A DNA stretch of 17,774 nucleotides, taken from positions 1 to 17,774 of the forward strand of contig JBFRWI010000068.1 in the NCBI GenBank assembly GCA_051439505.1. Reading direction: 5' to 3'. This document shows, piece after piece, positions 1-8,513 of this stretch. Below the pieces are notes generated by a model. The model had not been told where the DNA came from. It was given only the letters and a program-made list of their open reading frames with translations, and ran no database searches. A program made the position numbers and the translations under genes. How positions within the stretch are numbered: the stretch's first letter is position 1; every line of letters begins with the position of its first letter. Origin of the DNA: Hormoscilla sp. (GTDB lineage Bacteria > Cyanobacteriota > Cyanobacteriia > Cyanobacteriales > Desertifilaceae).

Positions 1-158
1 GCGCGACGCAGGAGCGCTATTGTCAATGGTTAATTGAGAGCGTCATTTATAGTCATGAATAGATAGCTTTACTCTTTTCAATTAGCAATTAGCCATTAGC
101 AAAGTTGAAAAATTGGCTGCTATCATCGGTAAAAATGTGCAACGCCACCATTTTTATA

Positions 159-211
159 TAGCCCGCGCAGGCGGGCTTTGTTAATGTAGCCGGACCCTTT
201 AGGGTTCGGGC
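159..211. repeat. REP-like double-hairpin repeat, copy 1
   Basis: tagcccgcgcaggcgggctttgttaatgtagccggaccctttagggttcgggc matches 15897-15949 at 48/53. It has two stems (agcccgc/gcgggct and ccggaccct/agggttcgg) and lies downstream of the pfkB stop. Confidence 0.85.
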
Positions 212-263
212 TTTAATCAATTGGTATAATCTCCCAAAGCGTTATCATCTAGAAATATTTTTT

Positions 264-1133
264 TTACGATCGCATCTCTACCTGCATCCAACTGCGAGTC
301 CCAAAATGCAGACAGGACTCAGAAGCTATCTGGGCCGCAGCAGCTAAAGCATCTGTAAAATTGTGCTGTCCGATATAATGGCAGAATGCCCCGTGAAATA
401 TATCTCCTGCTCCTAAGGTATCAATAGGATTAATTGGCGGCACTTTGATAGTTCCAAAACTGCCAGCATCCAGGTATTGAATGGGGTTTTCCCCCTGGGT
501 GATAGCAATATGGGGAATACCCATGTCCGCAAGATAGGCCATCACCTCTTCGGGATTATGGCATCCGGGAGGATAAAAGTTAGCAGAACAAATGGCATAA
601 TCTACAAAGGGCAACAATTCTTCAAACCCCGGCTTCCAACTGCCGCCATCGATCGCCACGGGAATATGGTAAGATTTGGCTAGCCGGGCAAGGTGACAGC
701 CAACTGCCATCTGATGACCGTCAATTAACAGGATGTCAACCCCCTGCAAAATATCGGGTGCAAGTTGGTCGGGCCTGGCCTGGGTTTTGCTGGCGTTGAG
801 GGAAATTACCGCCCGTTCGCCCCGTTCTTGAGTTACAATAATAGAAGATACTGGGGGAGGCGACTCTCTTGTCGGTTCTAAATCCCTCACAGCGACCTCA
901 TGGCTATCTAAATCAGATAAAATCAGATTAGTCATGGGATGCTTACCGACAACAGCAAGTAAAGTCGAGTGGTTACCCAGATAAGCGAAGGTAACCGCAG
1001 CATTAGTAGCGGGTCCGCCAGCGGCAAAACTATAATCAGCAGCAACTATTTTCTGGTTAGGATGGGGAACATCCGCCGCGAGGTAGATAAAATCTAAAGT
1101 TACTAAACCTACGAATAGTCCTTTTATTGCCAT
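264..1133 (-). CDS. PfkB/ribokinase-family sugar kinase
   Basis: 289 aa. N-terminal GGPATNAAV motif (PfkB signature 1) and C-terminal DTLGAGDIFHGAF (signature 2). Confidence 0.92.
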   Translation of the reverse strand: MAIKGLFVGLVTLDFIYLAADVPHPNQKIVAADYSFAAGGPATNAAVTFAYLGNHSTLLAVVGKHPMTNLILSDLDSHEVAVRDLEPTRESPPPVSSIIVTQERGERAVISLNASKTQARPDQLAPDILQGVDILLIDGHQMAVGCHLARLAKSYHIPVAIDGGSWKPGFEELLPFVDYAICSANFYPPGCHNPEEVMAYLADMGIPHIAITQGENPIQYLDAGSFGTIKVPPINPIDTLGAGDIFHGAFCHYIGQHNFTDALAAAAQIASESCLHFGTRSWMQVEMRS

Positions 1134-1139
1134 TATTCA

Positions 1140-1976
1140 ATGCTTTATGTAGTAGGAACGCCAATTGGTAATCTGGAAGATATGACATTCCGGGCAGTGC
1201 GGATCTTGAAAACAGTCCAGGCGATCGCCTCAGAAGACACCCGCCACACGGGCAAGCTATTACAACATTATCAGATTACCACGCCCCAGGTGAGTTACCA
1301 CGAACATAACCAGCAGCAGCGCATTCCCGAATTGCTACAGATGCTAAAAGAGGGAAAGGCGATCGCCCTGGTCAGCGATGCCGGGATGCCTACCATATCC
1401 GACCCCGGATATGAATTAATTGTCGCCTGTAGGGAGGCCGGAATTCCTGTAGTGCCCATTCCCGGTGCTAATGCAGCTATTACTGCCTTGTGTGCGGCAG
1501 GGTTACCGACAACCAGGTTTGTGTTTGAAGGCTTTTTACCCGTTAAGGCCCAGCAACGCAACTCCCGCCTGGAATTTCTCAAATCAGAATCCCGGACTAT
1601 CATATTATATGAAGCTCCCCATCGAATCGAGCAAACCTTACAAGACTTACTTGCGGTCCTGGGAGGAAACCGTCCGATAGTTTTAGCTAGAGAATTGACA
1701 AAGCTGCATGAAGAATTCTGGCCCGGTACCATAGAAGAGGCGATCGCCCATTTGGGCGATCGCCCACCCAAAGGAGAATTTACCATCGTCCTGGCTGGCG
1801 GACAACAGGCAGATCGGGTATTATCAGAAGAGGTACTCAAGGCTGAATTAGCAGCATTGATAGCACAGGGAATCTCCCGATCGCAAGCCAGTCGCCAACT
1901 CGCCCAACTCACCAACCTCCCCAAACGCCAACTTTATCAGCTAGCTTTAGCCCTTCCCGACTCCCAGGAGATTTAA
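1140..1976 (+). CDS. rsmI: 16S rRNA (cytidine1402-2'-O)-methyltransferase
   Basis: 278 aa with LYVVGTPIGNLEDMT, EDTRHT, LVSDAGMPTISDPG, YEAPHR, ARELTKLHEE and PKGEF motifs typical of RsmI. Confidence 0.96.
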   Translation: MLYVVGTPIGNLEDMTFRAVRILKTVQAIASEDTRHTGKLLQHYQITTPQVSYHEHNQQQRIPELLQMLKEGKAIALVSDAGMPTISDPGYELIVACREAGIPVVPIPGANAAITALCAAGLPTTRFVFEGFLPVKAQQRNSRLEFLKSESRTIILYEAPHRIEQTLQDLLAVLGGNRPIVLARELTKLHEEFWPGTIEEAIAHLGDRPPKGEFTIVLAGGQQADRVLSEEVLKAELAALIAQGISRSQASRQLAQLTNLPKRQLYQLALALPDSQEI

Positions 1977-1977
1977 G

Positions 1978-2244
1978 ATGGAAAGAATCAAAATAATTCC
2001 GCCAGTATTAATGGCGATCGTCCTGGCCCTGTGGGTGAGTGCGATCGCCATTATCTCCGTCCAGAACTCCACCGCGATCTCCTTAAAATTTATTGTCTTC
2101 CAATCAGTGAGCTTGCCCGTAGGAATAATGCTAGGATTTACTGTCGGAGTCGGAGTAATCGCAGGTGCGATCGCTCAACCCCTTTGGCTCTTCTTAGCAC
2201 AGATAAATCACCAAACAGAATATCCCGACTACGAACATGACTAA
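1978..2244 (+). CDS. Small two-TM membrane protein, LapA/DUF1049-like
   Basis: 88 aa with two hydrophobic helices around SVQN..ISLKF..FQS..LPVG. It starts 1 nt after the rsmI stop. Confidence 0.75.
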   Translation: MERIKIIPPVLMAIVLALWVSAIAIISVQNSTAISLKFIVFQSVSLPVGIMLGFTVGVGVIAGAIAQPLWLFLAQINHQTEYPDYEHD

Positions 2245-2265
2245 AAACTGCACGGGTTCTAGAGA

Positions 2266-3159
2266 CTACAAGGAATAAACCCGACCATCGATCAGCAGGC
2301 GAGTAATACCCTTAGCTTGCAGATAGGAACTCACCTTTTGCAACATCGAACCATCAGGAACCTTAATGACGCGATGACTGCGTTTTGAGAACCGGCGGGC
2401 CACCCGGTGATTCTCAAAAATCGGCAGAGTCGGCGACCCATTTTCCGCTGGTGGTATTTGACCCAGCTCGCTAAAATCATTCAGGGGTCGGGTAATCAAC
2501 TCCGCCGCCTTGTCTATCACCACATAACATATTTTCGGCAGTTCTGCCTCCGACAAGGGCAGAATTTGAATCAAAGCTTGGGACTTCTTCCCCAACGAGG
2601 CCAAATTAAGGGACTGCTTGCCAAACAACCTGCGATCGCCTGATGAGTCTTCCTCATCTTCAGAGTCATCCTCATCATCTTCATCATCTTGGTCTTCCGG
2701 CAGCAATTCCTCTCCTAGCAATTCCTGGAGCGTACTAACTTGGGAGCGATAAGTATCATCATCGATCTCCCCGAGCATTGCATCCTCTGGGGATGATGTT
2801 GCTGTAGCATTAAGCTGTAAGGGGATTTCCGTCTGCACTATCTGGGAGGTTCTCTCATTACCCTTGTCGGGCGAGCCTCCGATCGCCGGCAGTGACTCCT
2901 GCGCAGGCTGCTCCAGAACCTCCTCATCCGACTCTCTACTGGATATAAGCTTAGGAGGCTGACCCTTGCCAGCCGCAGCACGCTTTTGCTGAACGAGAAT
3001 TTCATATTCCTCTGCTGGCAAACGGCTTTTGAGCAGGCGGCTAATCGTCGAATTACTGACATTATAGCGACTGGCCAAGGTTGAGGTCGTATCTCCCGTT
3101 TCTCGATACAGAGCAATGATATCAATTTTTTCAGAGTCAGACAGTTTTCTGGGAGCCAT
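2266..3159 (-). CDS. Cyanobacterial protein with N-terminal HTH, acidic linker and folded C-terminal domain
   Basis: 297 aa. HTH-like TTSTLASRYNVSNSTISRLLK, an Asp/Glu tract, and a C-terminal LPKICYVVID...LLIDGRVYSL segment. No DDE domain recognised. Confidence 0.8.
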   Translation of the reverse strand: MAPRKLSDSEKIDIIALYRETGDTTSTLASRYNVSNSTISRLLKSRLPAEEYEILVQQKRAAAGKGQPPKLISSRESDEEVLEQPAQESLPAIGGSPDKGNERTSQIVQTEIPLQLNATATSSPEDAMLGEIDDDTYRSQVSTLQELLGEELLPEDQDDEDDEDDSEDEEDSSGDRRLFGKQSLNLASLGKKSQALIQILPLSEAELPKICYVVIDKAAELITRPLNDFSELGQIPPAENGSPTLPIFENHRVARRFSKRSHRVIKVPDGSMLQKVSSYLQAKGITRLLIDGRVYSL

Positions 3160-3164
3160 GGCAA

Positions 3165-4076
3165 TTAAGAACGCCTCCGACTGCGGCGAGTGGTGCGGGT
3201 TGACAAATCATATTCTAGAGCAGCGCCAATAGCAAACAGCACGGGACTAAATATCCAAAATACTTCTATGAGTCCTCCACTTTCGTAATTAGCGACGTGG
3301 TCTAGGGCATAATTAAACCCCATATCTGCTATATAGAGCGAAAATGCAGCTGCCGCTATCATCCGCCAGGACTGAGAGAAACGTCCGCCCCAAAAAGCTA
3401 GCAGTAGAGTGGCCGCCGCAATTAGCAGCGCTGCATCCAGAACCGTATATAGCATAGTCACCGGTGCTTCTATCGGTGCTAGTATGTCCTGTAGTTTTAG
3501 CACCCAATCAGGAGCCGTTGCTGTTGCCGCGATCTCGCTTGCCACCTCAATAGTTGCTTCCACAGGTGCTTCCACAGGTGCGCTTAAAGACAGCCATACA
3601 GCTATGGCGATCGCCACCACCCCGATCGCCCCGATAATCAGCCACTGAGCCATTTCCAGGTTTAGTCGCCGACCCGTCACTACCTGAAGCATACCCCAAG
3701 ACAGACAAATATATGTCAGCAGGTACAATATATCTCCTGGCGACACTGCTGGATCTTGTTCCCATACCAACTCCCAGACCCCAAACAAGACATCTCCAAT
3801 GAAATAAGAAAGCATTCCCAGACCAATTAACAGCCAAACATTCCGTCCGCTGACTATCTTCGGGCTCTGCCAGTTTCTCAAACATAATAAGAACGCACCC
3901 AGGTAAGGGGTACATTCAAACACATAGGTAACTGGAGAGTACCAGTCTGGTGTCTTAGTGCTAAACAGCAGAAAATACACCAGAGCCACTGTTGCCCAAG
4001 TGATTCCCATCAGGACGAGCGCATCTGACTTTAGAGAGAATTTTGAATCTGATAAATTTTCTGGAGCAGAACTCAT
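3165..4076 (-). CDS. Polytopic membrane protein, paralog 1 (resembles membrane sensor modules)
   Basis: 303 aa, about 8 hydrophobic segments, Arg-rich C-terminus. Collinear with 4113-5036. Confidence 0.85.
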   Translation of the reverse strand: MSSAPENLSDSKFSLKSDALVLMGITWATVALVYFLLFSTKTPDWYSPVTYVFECTPYLGAFLLCLRNWQSPKIVSGRNVWLLIGLGMLSYFIGDVLFGVWELVWEQDPAVSPGDILYLLTYICLSWGMLQVVTGRRLNLEMAQWLIIGAIGVVAIAIAVWLSLSAPVEAPVEATIEVASEIAATATAPDWVLKLQDILAPIEAPVTMLYTVLDAALLIAAATLLLAFWGGRFSQSWRMIAAAAFSLYIADMGFNYALDHVANYESGGLIEVFWIFSPVLFAIGAALEYDLSTRTTRRSRRRS

Positions 4077-4112
4077 AGTATGCTAATGATTTTTACTCTG
4101 TCTGAATCACAA

Positions 4113-5036
4113 TTAAGATCGTCTACGGCGACGACTAGAGGAGCGGGTTGACAAGTCATATTCTAGGGCCGCGCCCATGCCAAACAGGACGGGACTAAAT
4201 ATCCAAAACACTTCTATTAGTCCTCCACTTTCATAATTTTCCACCCGGTTAATAGCATAGTTAAACCCCATATCCGCTATATATAGTGAGATTGCCGCTG
4301 CTGCAATCATCCGCCATGACTGAGCGAAACGTCCTCCCCAAAAAGCCAACAGTAGGGTTACCGCAGCAATCAGTAGCGCTACATCCAAAACCGTATACAG
4401 CAGACTCACCGGTTCTTCAAGGGGTGCTAGGGTGTTTTCTAGTTTCACTACCCAACCCGGAGCTGGCGACTCTGACTCTGGGGTCTGTGCCACTTGTTCG
4501 GTAGCTGCTGGATTGTTGTCCAGGGGTGTTTCTGGGGCCGAACTTGGGAATGACACCAATACAGCTAATACAATACCCAAGATACCAATCCCCGCTACAA
4601 TCGACCACTGCTTAACTTCCAAGTTAAGTCGCCGATTGGTTACCGCTAGAATCATGCCCCAAGACAGACCTACATAGGTTAGTAAGAAAAACATATCTGC
4701 TGGTGACACGGTCGGGTCTTGTTGCCATACTAGCTCCCAGAGGCCAAACAGCAGGTTTCCGATCAAGTAGGACAGCATTCCCATGCCAATCCCCAGCCAG
4801 ACATTCCGTCCGCTGACAATCTGAGAGCTGCGCCAGTTTCTTAAGCATAACAGGGCCGCTGCTAGGTAAGCTACACATTCAAATACATATGTCACTGGAG
4901 AGTACCAGTCGGGAGGGTTGGCGCTAAAGAGCAGAAAAAACAACAGCGCCGCTATAGACCAAGCAACTCCAGCCAGCACAATATTACGGGCTGTCAGGAT
5001 AGATTTTTTCGATGACTTTTTTTTTGTCCTGGTCAT
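4113..5036 (-). CDS. Polytopic membrane protein, paralog 2
   Basis: The ORF track starts at 5120, but ATG 5036 (MTRTKKKSS) matches the paralog's N-terminal length. Shared blocks include PDWYSPVTYVFEC, IVSGRNVWL, LLLAFWGGRF.QSWRMIAAAA and NYESGGLIEVFWIFSPVLF. Confidence 0.85.
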   Translation of the reverse strand: MTRTKKKSSKKSILTARNIVLAGVAWSIAALLFFLLFSANPPDWYSPVTYVFECVAYLAAALLCLRNWRSSQIVSGRNVWLGIGMGMLSYLIGNLLFGLWELVWQQDPTVSPADMFFLLTYVGLSWGMILAVTNRRLNLEVKQWSIVAGIGILGIVLAVLVSFPSSAPETPLDNNPAATEQVAQTPESESPAPGWVVKLENTLAPLEEPVSLLYTVLDVALLIAAVTLLLAFWGGRFAQSWRMIAAAAISLYIADMGFNYAINRVENYESGGLIEVFWIFSPVLFGMGAALEYDLSTRSSSRRRRRS

Positions 5037-5127
5037 ATCAGAGGCATCCTGGTAACTGGCAATGTGATTGACGGCTGAAGAAGCTGAGAGCCTGACTGCT
5101 GGACCGGTCCAGTATGGCAAGCAACCT

Positions 5128-5796
5128 TTAAGTAGTTTCCCACAATTTTCCCAGGTTTGATTTATTCAGCCAAGCCATAAACTGAGCCCTCTCCCCTGCC
5201 TCCATATCTTCTAACACCTCAGTAGCTGCGGTAAAACTGTTATTGCCAAAATATGCCTGGCCCAGGCCGTGCAGATCTTGCAATAACTTATTCAGATGGG
5301 TCTCTTCCCAAGGAGGAATCTGGAGATCGTTGAGGGGGTCTGCCGTCAGTAACTGTTTGACTGCCTTTGGGGAGTCTGTTTGGGGGAAGCTGCCCTTCTG
5401 AAACACCTTAGTGATGTCTTTTTCAAAAGCTTTAGCTTGTCTGCCGCCCAACAGGTCTTCGATATCGATGTAAACCGCTTGTAGCAGTAACAGACAGGCT
5501 ATCGTGAACGGGGGCGGCAGAGCTTCCCCAGGGCCTGGTTCTTCGCTAGCGAGCTGTTCTAGACGGACCTTACCCCAGACACTATGTCTGTCTGGTTCCT
5601 GTAGTAGGACGCAGACTTTCCCACGGTTATCGGTAAGATCTCGCCAGTAAGCCTTTGCTTCTTCTGCTTGGGATCCCCCAAAGGACTTAATCAGGCGAAA
5701 GGTCTGTCCCTGATAGGTGAGAATCGGAACTTGATGATCGCGTTTAGGGTGTTGAACACTCTTAATTTCAACATCCTGCCTTTTGAGAATAAACAT
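5128..5796 (-). CDS. Npun_F0813-family cyanobacterial protein
   Basis: 222 aa. The N-terminus MFILKRQDVEI...VPILTYQGQTFRL...YWRDLTDNRGKVCVLL is recalled as this family. Confidence 0.75.
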   Translation of the reverse strand: MFILKRQDVEIKSVQHPKRDHQVPILTYQGQTFRLIKSFGGSQAEEAKAYWRDLTDNRGKVCVLLQEPDRHSVWGKVRLEQLASEEPGPGEALPPPFTIACLLLLQAVYIDIEDLLGGRQAKAFEKDITKVFQKGSFPQTDSPKAVKQLLTADPLNDLQIPPWEETHLNKLLQDLHGLGQAYFGNNSFTAATEVLEDMEAGERAQFMAWLNKSNLGKLWETT

Positions 5797-5903
5797 GACG
5801 CTGCCAATTGACTCCTGTCAGGGCGGGGGTGCTGTGCGACTAGCGTGAATGCTGAGACTGTGGCCTGATGACCGGCAGTCATCTGGTGCGCCCTCTGGGT
5901 CTC

Positions 5904-5932
5904 TTGACACGCCTAATCAGCTATTGTATCAT
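5904..5932 (+). promoter_or_regulatory. Putative sigma70-type promoter
   Basis: TTGACA (5904-5909), a 17-nt spacer, then TATCAT (5927-5932). Confidence 0.4.
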
Positions 5933-6625
5933 CCCTGTCAACAGACACAGCGCCTGCAGGGATGGCAAGTCACCCTGTCTCTAGAGCCAGGGGTGACACC
6001 CCTCTTTACTTTCAACTCTAAACTCAATCTAGTTTATACCAATTTGAGCGAGTTGCGATCTTGCTAGCTTGGCGGCTATCATCGCGCGGTGGCCCCTGAT
6101 TTTCATGTATGGCCCGCGATTTCAGCCTCTAGTTGTCGAGAATATATTTTCCTAAATAGTATTACCCTTATCATAAATGCTCTAGGAAGTCAAGACAGCA
6201 GGCCATCCGACAACCGCTACGGTCCTAGGCGGTGCTCGTTGACTATCCCTGGACCATCCAGTTCGGAGTTTTGCTATACTTAAATTCTCTGTCGAGGCAT
6301 CACCGGTACTGGATAACGGCGAAATTGGCGTCAGTTAATGTCCGATGAGCATCGCCTGGGCTGTTCGCGAGAGTCCGATGGCCCTCACTGGACGTGGATG
6401 ATGCGCATGTCAAGTGATACTGGGACAAGCACCCGGTTTCGCCGGTGTAATCAGTGGTTTAATCAATTCATGCTATTCTTAAGTCAGATTACTAGAGTAT
6501 GCTTTAGTCATGGTTCAGATGGGGCTACAGATTTTTGGCAGGTATAAACTATGTGGGTTTTTTACTTGAAAACAGCCTCTCAGGCAGCCAGTTTGTTTTT
6601 GTTACAAGTTATCCTGGCATTAAGT

Positions 6626-8260
6626 TTACTCCCGATCGGGATGAATTGTCGGGTCTAATGATTGCACTAACTTCCAGAGGACGCGATATAATTGCAAAGG
6701 CTTCTCTTTACCTTTAACTTGGACTGGAGCTAATTTTTCTAGAGGTATATTCTGAGTATCGATCTTGTCCAAAGTGGTTTGGTTGATCAGAATATCACCA
6801 GACTTAGCAGCGCTACAAATGCGACTTGCAACATTGATAGTATCCCCAATGGTGGCATATTGAATAAGTTTCTTCGAGCCAATGTTTCCTGCTGCTACTT
6901 TGCCAGTATTGATGCCAATGTGGATGTAAAGTGGTTGCTTGTGATGGGCCGCCCGATCGCGATTCATCTGGCGCACAGCCCATTGCATCTCGATCGCGGC
7001 TTGCACGGCTCGCTGGGCATCATCTGGCTTCTGGTAAGGTGCGCCCCAAACGGCCAGCAAGGCATCTCCGATATATTTTTCTAAAGTGCCTTCGTAGGGA
7101 AAGACTATTTCCTCGACTATCACTTGGAAATATTCGTTGAGCAGTTCAATTACCTGGCGCGGTTCCATGCATGAGGACATTTTTGTAAAGCCCGTAATAT
7201 CGGAAAATAATGCAGTGACTTCTGTATCGACAATTTCTGATATCTTGCCTTCTTCTCTGATCTTTTGACTGACCGCTGTCGGGAAGAAACGCTCCAGTTT
7301 ATCCCGGACGATCGCCTCCGCTTGCATCTGTTGATATAGTTGGGCGTGGTTAAGGGCGATCGCGGCTTGGTTAGCCAGGGCCGTCAGGAACTCCACATCT
7401 TCGTCAACATAGACATTGGACATGGACAAGTTATCAACGTATAATACTCCAATCACCTCCTCTCGCGGTTTCAGAGGTACGCAGATCGAGGCATGAATAT
7501 TTAGTAATAAAATCGACGGGGAATCTTGAAACCGATCGTCCGCGCAAGCATCGGCAGTGATGATCGCATCCCCTCGATCCCGCACCATATTAGTAATTTT
7601 TCTGCTGTAGAACTTATGGGGAGTTGGCACTCCCGATCGGGACTTAACTGCCTTGCATTGCAGTTGTCCGGTTGCTGCATTCACCAGCAAGATTGCCGCC
7701 CGGTCTACATTCATAATCTCGAACAGCAGGTTGAGTATTTTCTTGAGCAGTTTGTCAGGTTTCTCCGGAGAGGACAACTGCTTGCTCACTTCTAGCAAAA
7801 TTTGCAATTTGTCTACCACCCGCTGGTTGCTATCCTGCTCTCTCAGCTTGATTAACGATCCCTCTACGGATTTATCATTATCCAGCAATTCGGATATCTC
7901 CGTGTTAGTTTGACGAGTGGAGAATTGCTTGAAAATGGTTGCCGGGCCCGATCGCTTTGGCCCTGACTTTTTCTGGACAAATTGGAAATTCACCTGTCCG
8001 CAACGAACTATATCCCCATCTTTCAGTTGGGATTCCTCAATTTCTACCTCGTTGACATAGGTGTGATTGCGGCTTTGTAGATCCCTGATCTTCACCCCAT
8101 CTGAGTCGATCGATATCACTGCATGCTTGCGAGATAAACTCCTATGAGGTACAATAACATTGTTGTCCAGAGCACGCCCGATCGAGTTGATCCCCTGATT
8201 TAATTCATAAACTGTTTCCTTTCCTATTTTGAATTTGTAAATTAAATACGCTACTCCCAT
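6626..8260 (-). CDS. FHA-GAF-class III nucleotidyl (adenylate) cyclase, CyaD-like architecture
   Basis: FHA motifs IGR, SRKHA and DLQSRNHTYVN. GAF motifs DACADDRF and CVPL..VIGVLYVDN. Cyclase motifs LFSDITGFT, EKYIGDA, HIGINTG and GDTINVASR. Confidence 0.92.
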   Translation of the reverse strand: MGVAYLIYKFKIGKETVYELNQGINSIGRALDNNVIVPHRSLSRKHAVISIDSDGVKIRDLQSRNHTYVNEVEIEESQLKDGDIVRCGQVNFQFVQKKSGPKRSGPATIFKQFSTRQTNTEISELLDNDKSVEGSLIKLREQDSNQRVVDKLQILLEVSKQLSSPEKPDKLLKKILNLLFEIMNVDRAAILLVNAATGQLQCKAVKSRSGVPTPHKFYSRKITNMVRDRGDAIITADACADDRFQDSPSILLLNIHASICVPLKPREEVIGVLYVDNLSMSNVYVDEDVEFLTALANQAAIALNHAQLYQQMQAEAIVRDKLERFFPTAVSQKIREEGKISEIVDTEVTALFSDITGFTKMSSCMEPRQVIELLNEYFQVIVEEIVFPYEGTLEKYIGDALLAVWGAPYQKPDDAQRAVQAAIEMQWAVRQMNRDRAAHHKQPLYIHIGINTGKVAAGNIGSKKLIQYATIGDTINVASRICSAAKSGDILINQTTLDKIDTQNIPLEKLAPVQVKGKEKPLQLYRVLWKLVQSLDPTIHPDRE

Positions 8261-8335
8261 CTCTTCTCCTTAATAATTTTCATATCCTTTTTATTGCGCT
8301 TCTCAAATTGATCTAGTACAAAAAATCGCCTCCTT

Positions 8336-8448
8336 GTCATTGCGATTTTTCGCGCAGCGTGGGGGGGGGTAGTAAGGCAAGTAACTTTTGATTTGTGAGT
8401 TGCCCCCCCGCCAGCGCAGCGGCCCGACGCAGGAGGGCTAGCAATCTC
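8336..8448. repeat. Composite of nested small palindromic repeats
   Basis: Outer frame gtcattgcga...agcgcagcg...agcaatctc. It contains a G9 (8361-8369)/C7 (8403-8409) stem and gcccgacgcaggagggcta (8422-8440), related to 1-19 and 15830-15848. Confidence 0.6.
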
Positions 8449-8513
8449 CGACAGCATATCACACTAATATGAGAACTGCTATATCTATCAATGCGACTTT
8501 GATTATTTCTCAA

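Noticed and set aside
81..101. Three heptamers attagca/attagcc
   Set aside because: Ordinary STRR-like short tandem repeat, common in filamentous cyanobacteria.
136..147. 12-mer tgtgcaacgcca, also on the minus strand at 11545-11556
   Set aside because: It may be an element end, but it is too short and too distant to define a feature.
1295..1924. Antisense and alternative-frame ORFs such as 1295-1924 and 10458-10955
   Set aside because: Shadow ORFs overlapping well-supported genes, with no recognisable motifs.
2266..3159. Transposase call for the HTH protein
   Set aside because: No catalytic DDE or HUH domain and no terminal repeats were seen, and the gene sits tightly within an operon-like cluster.
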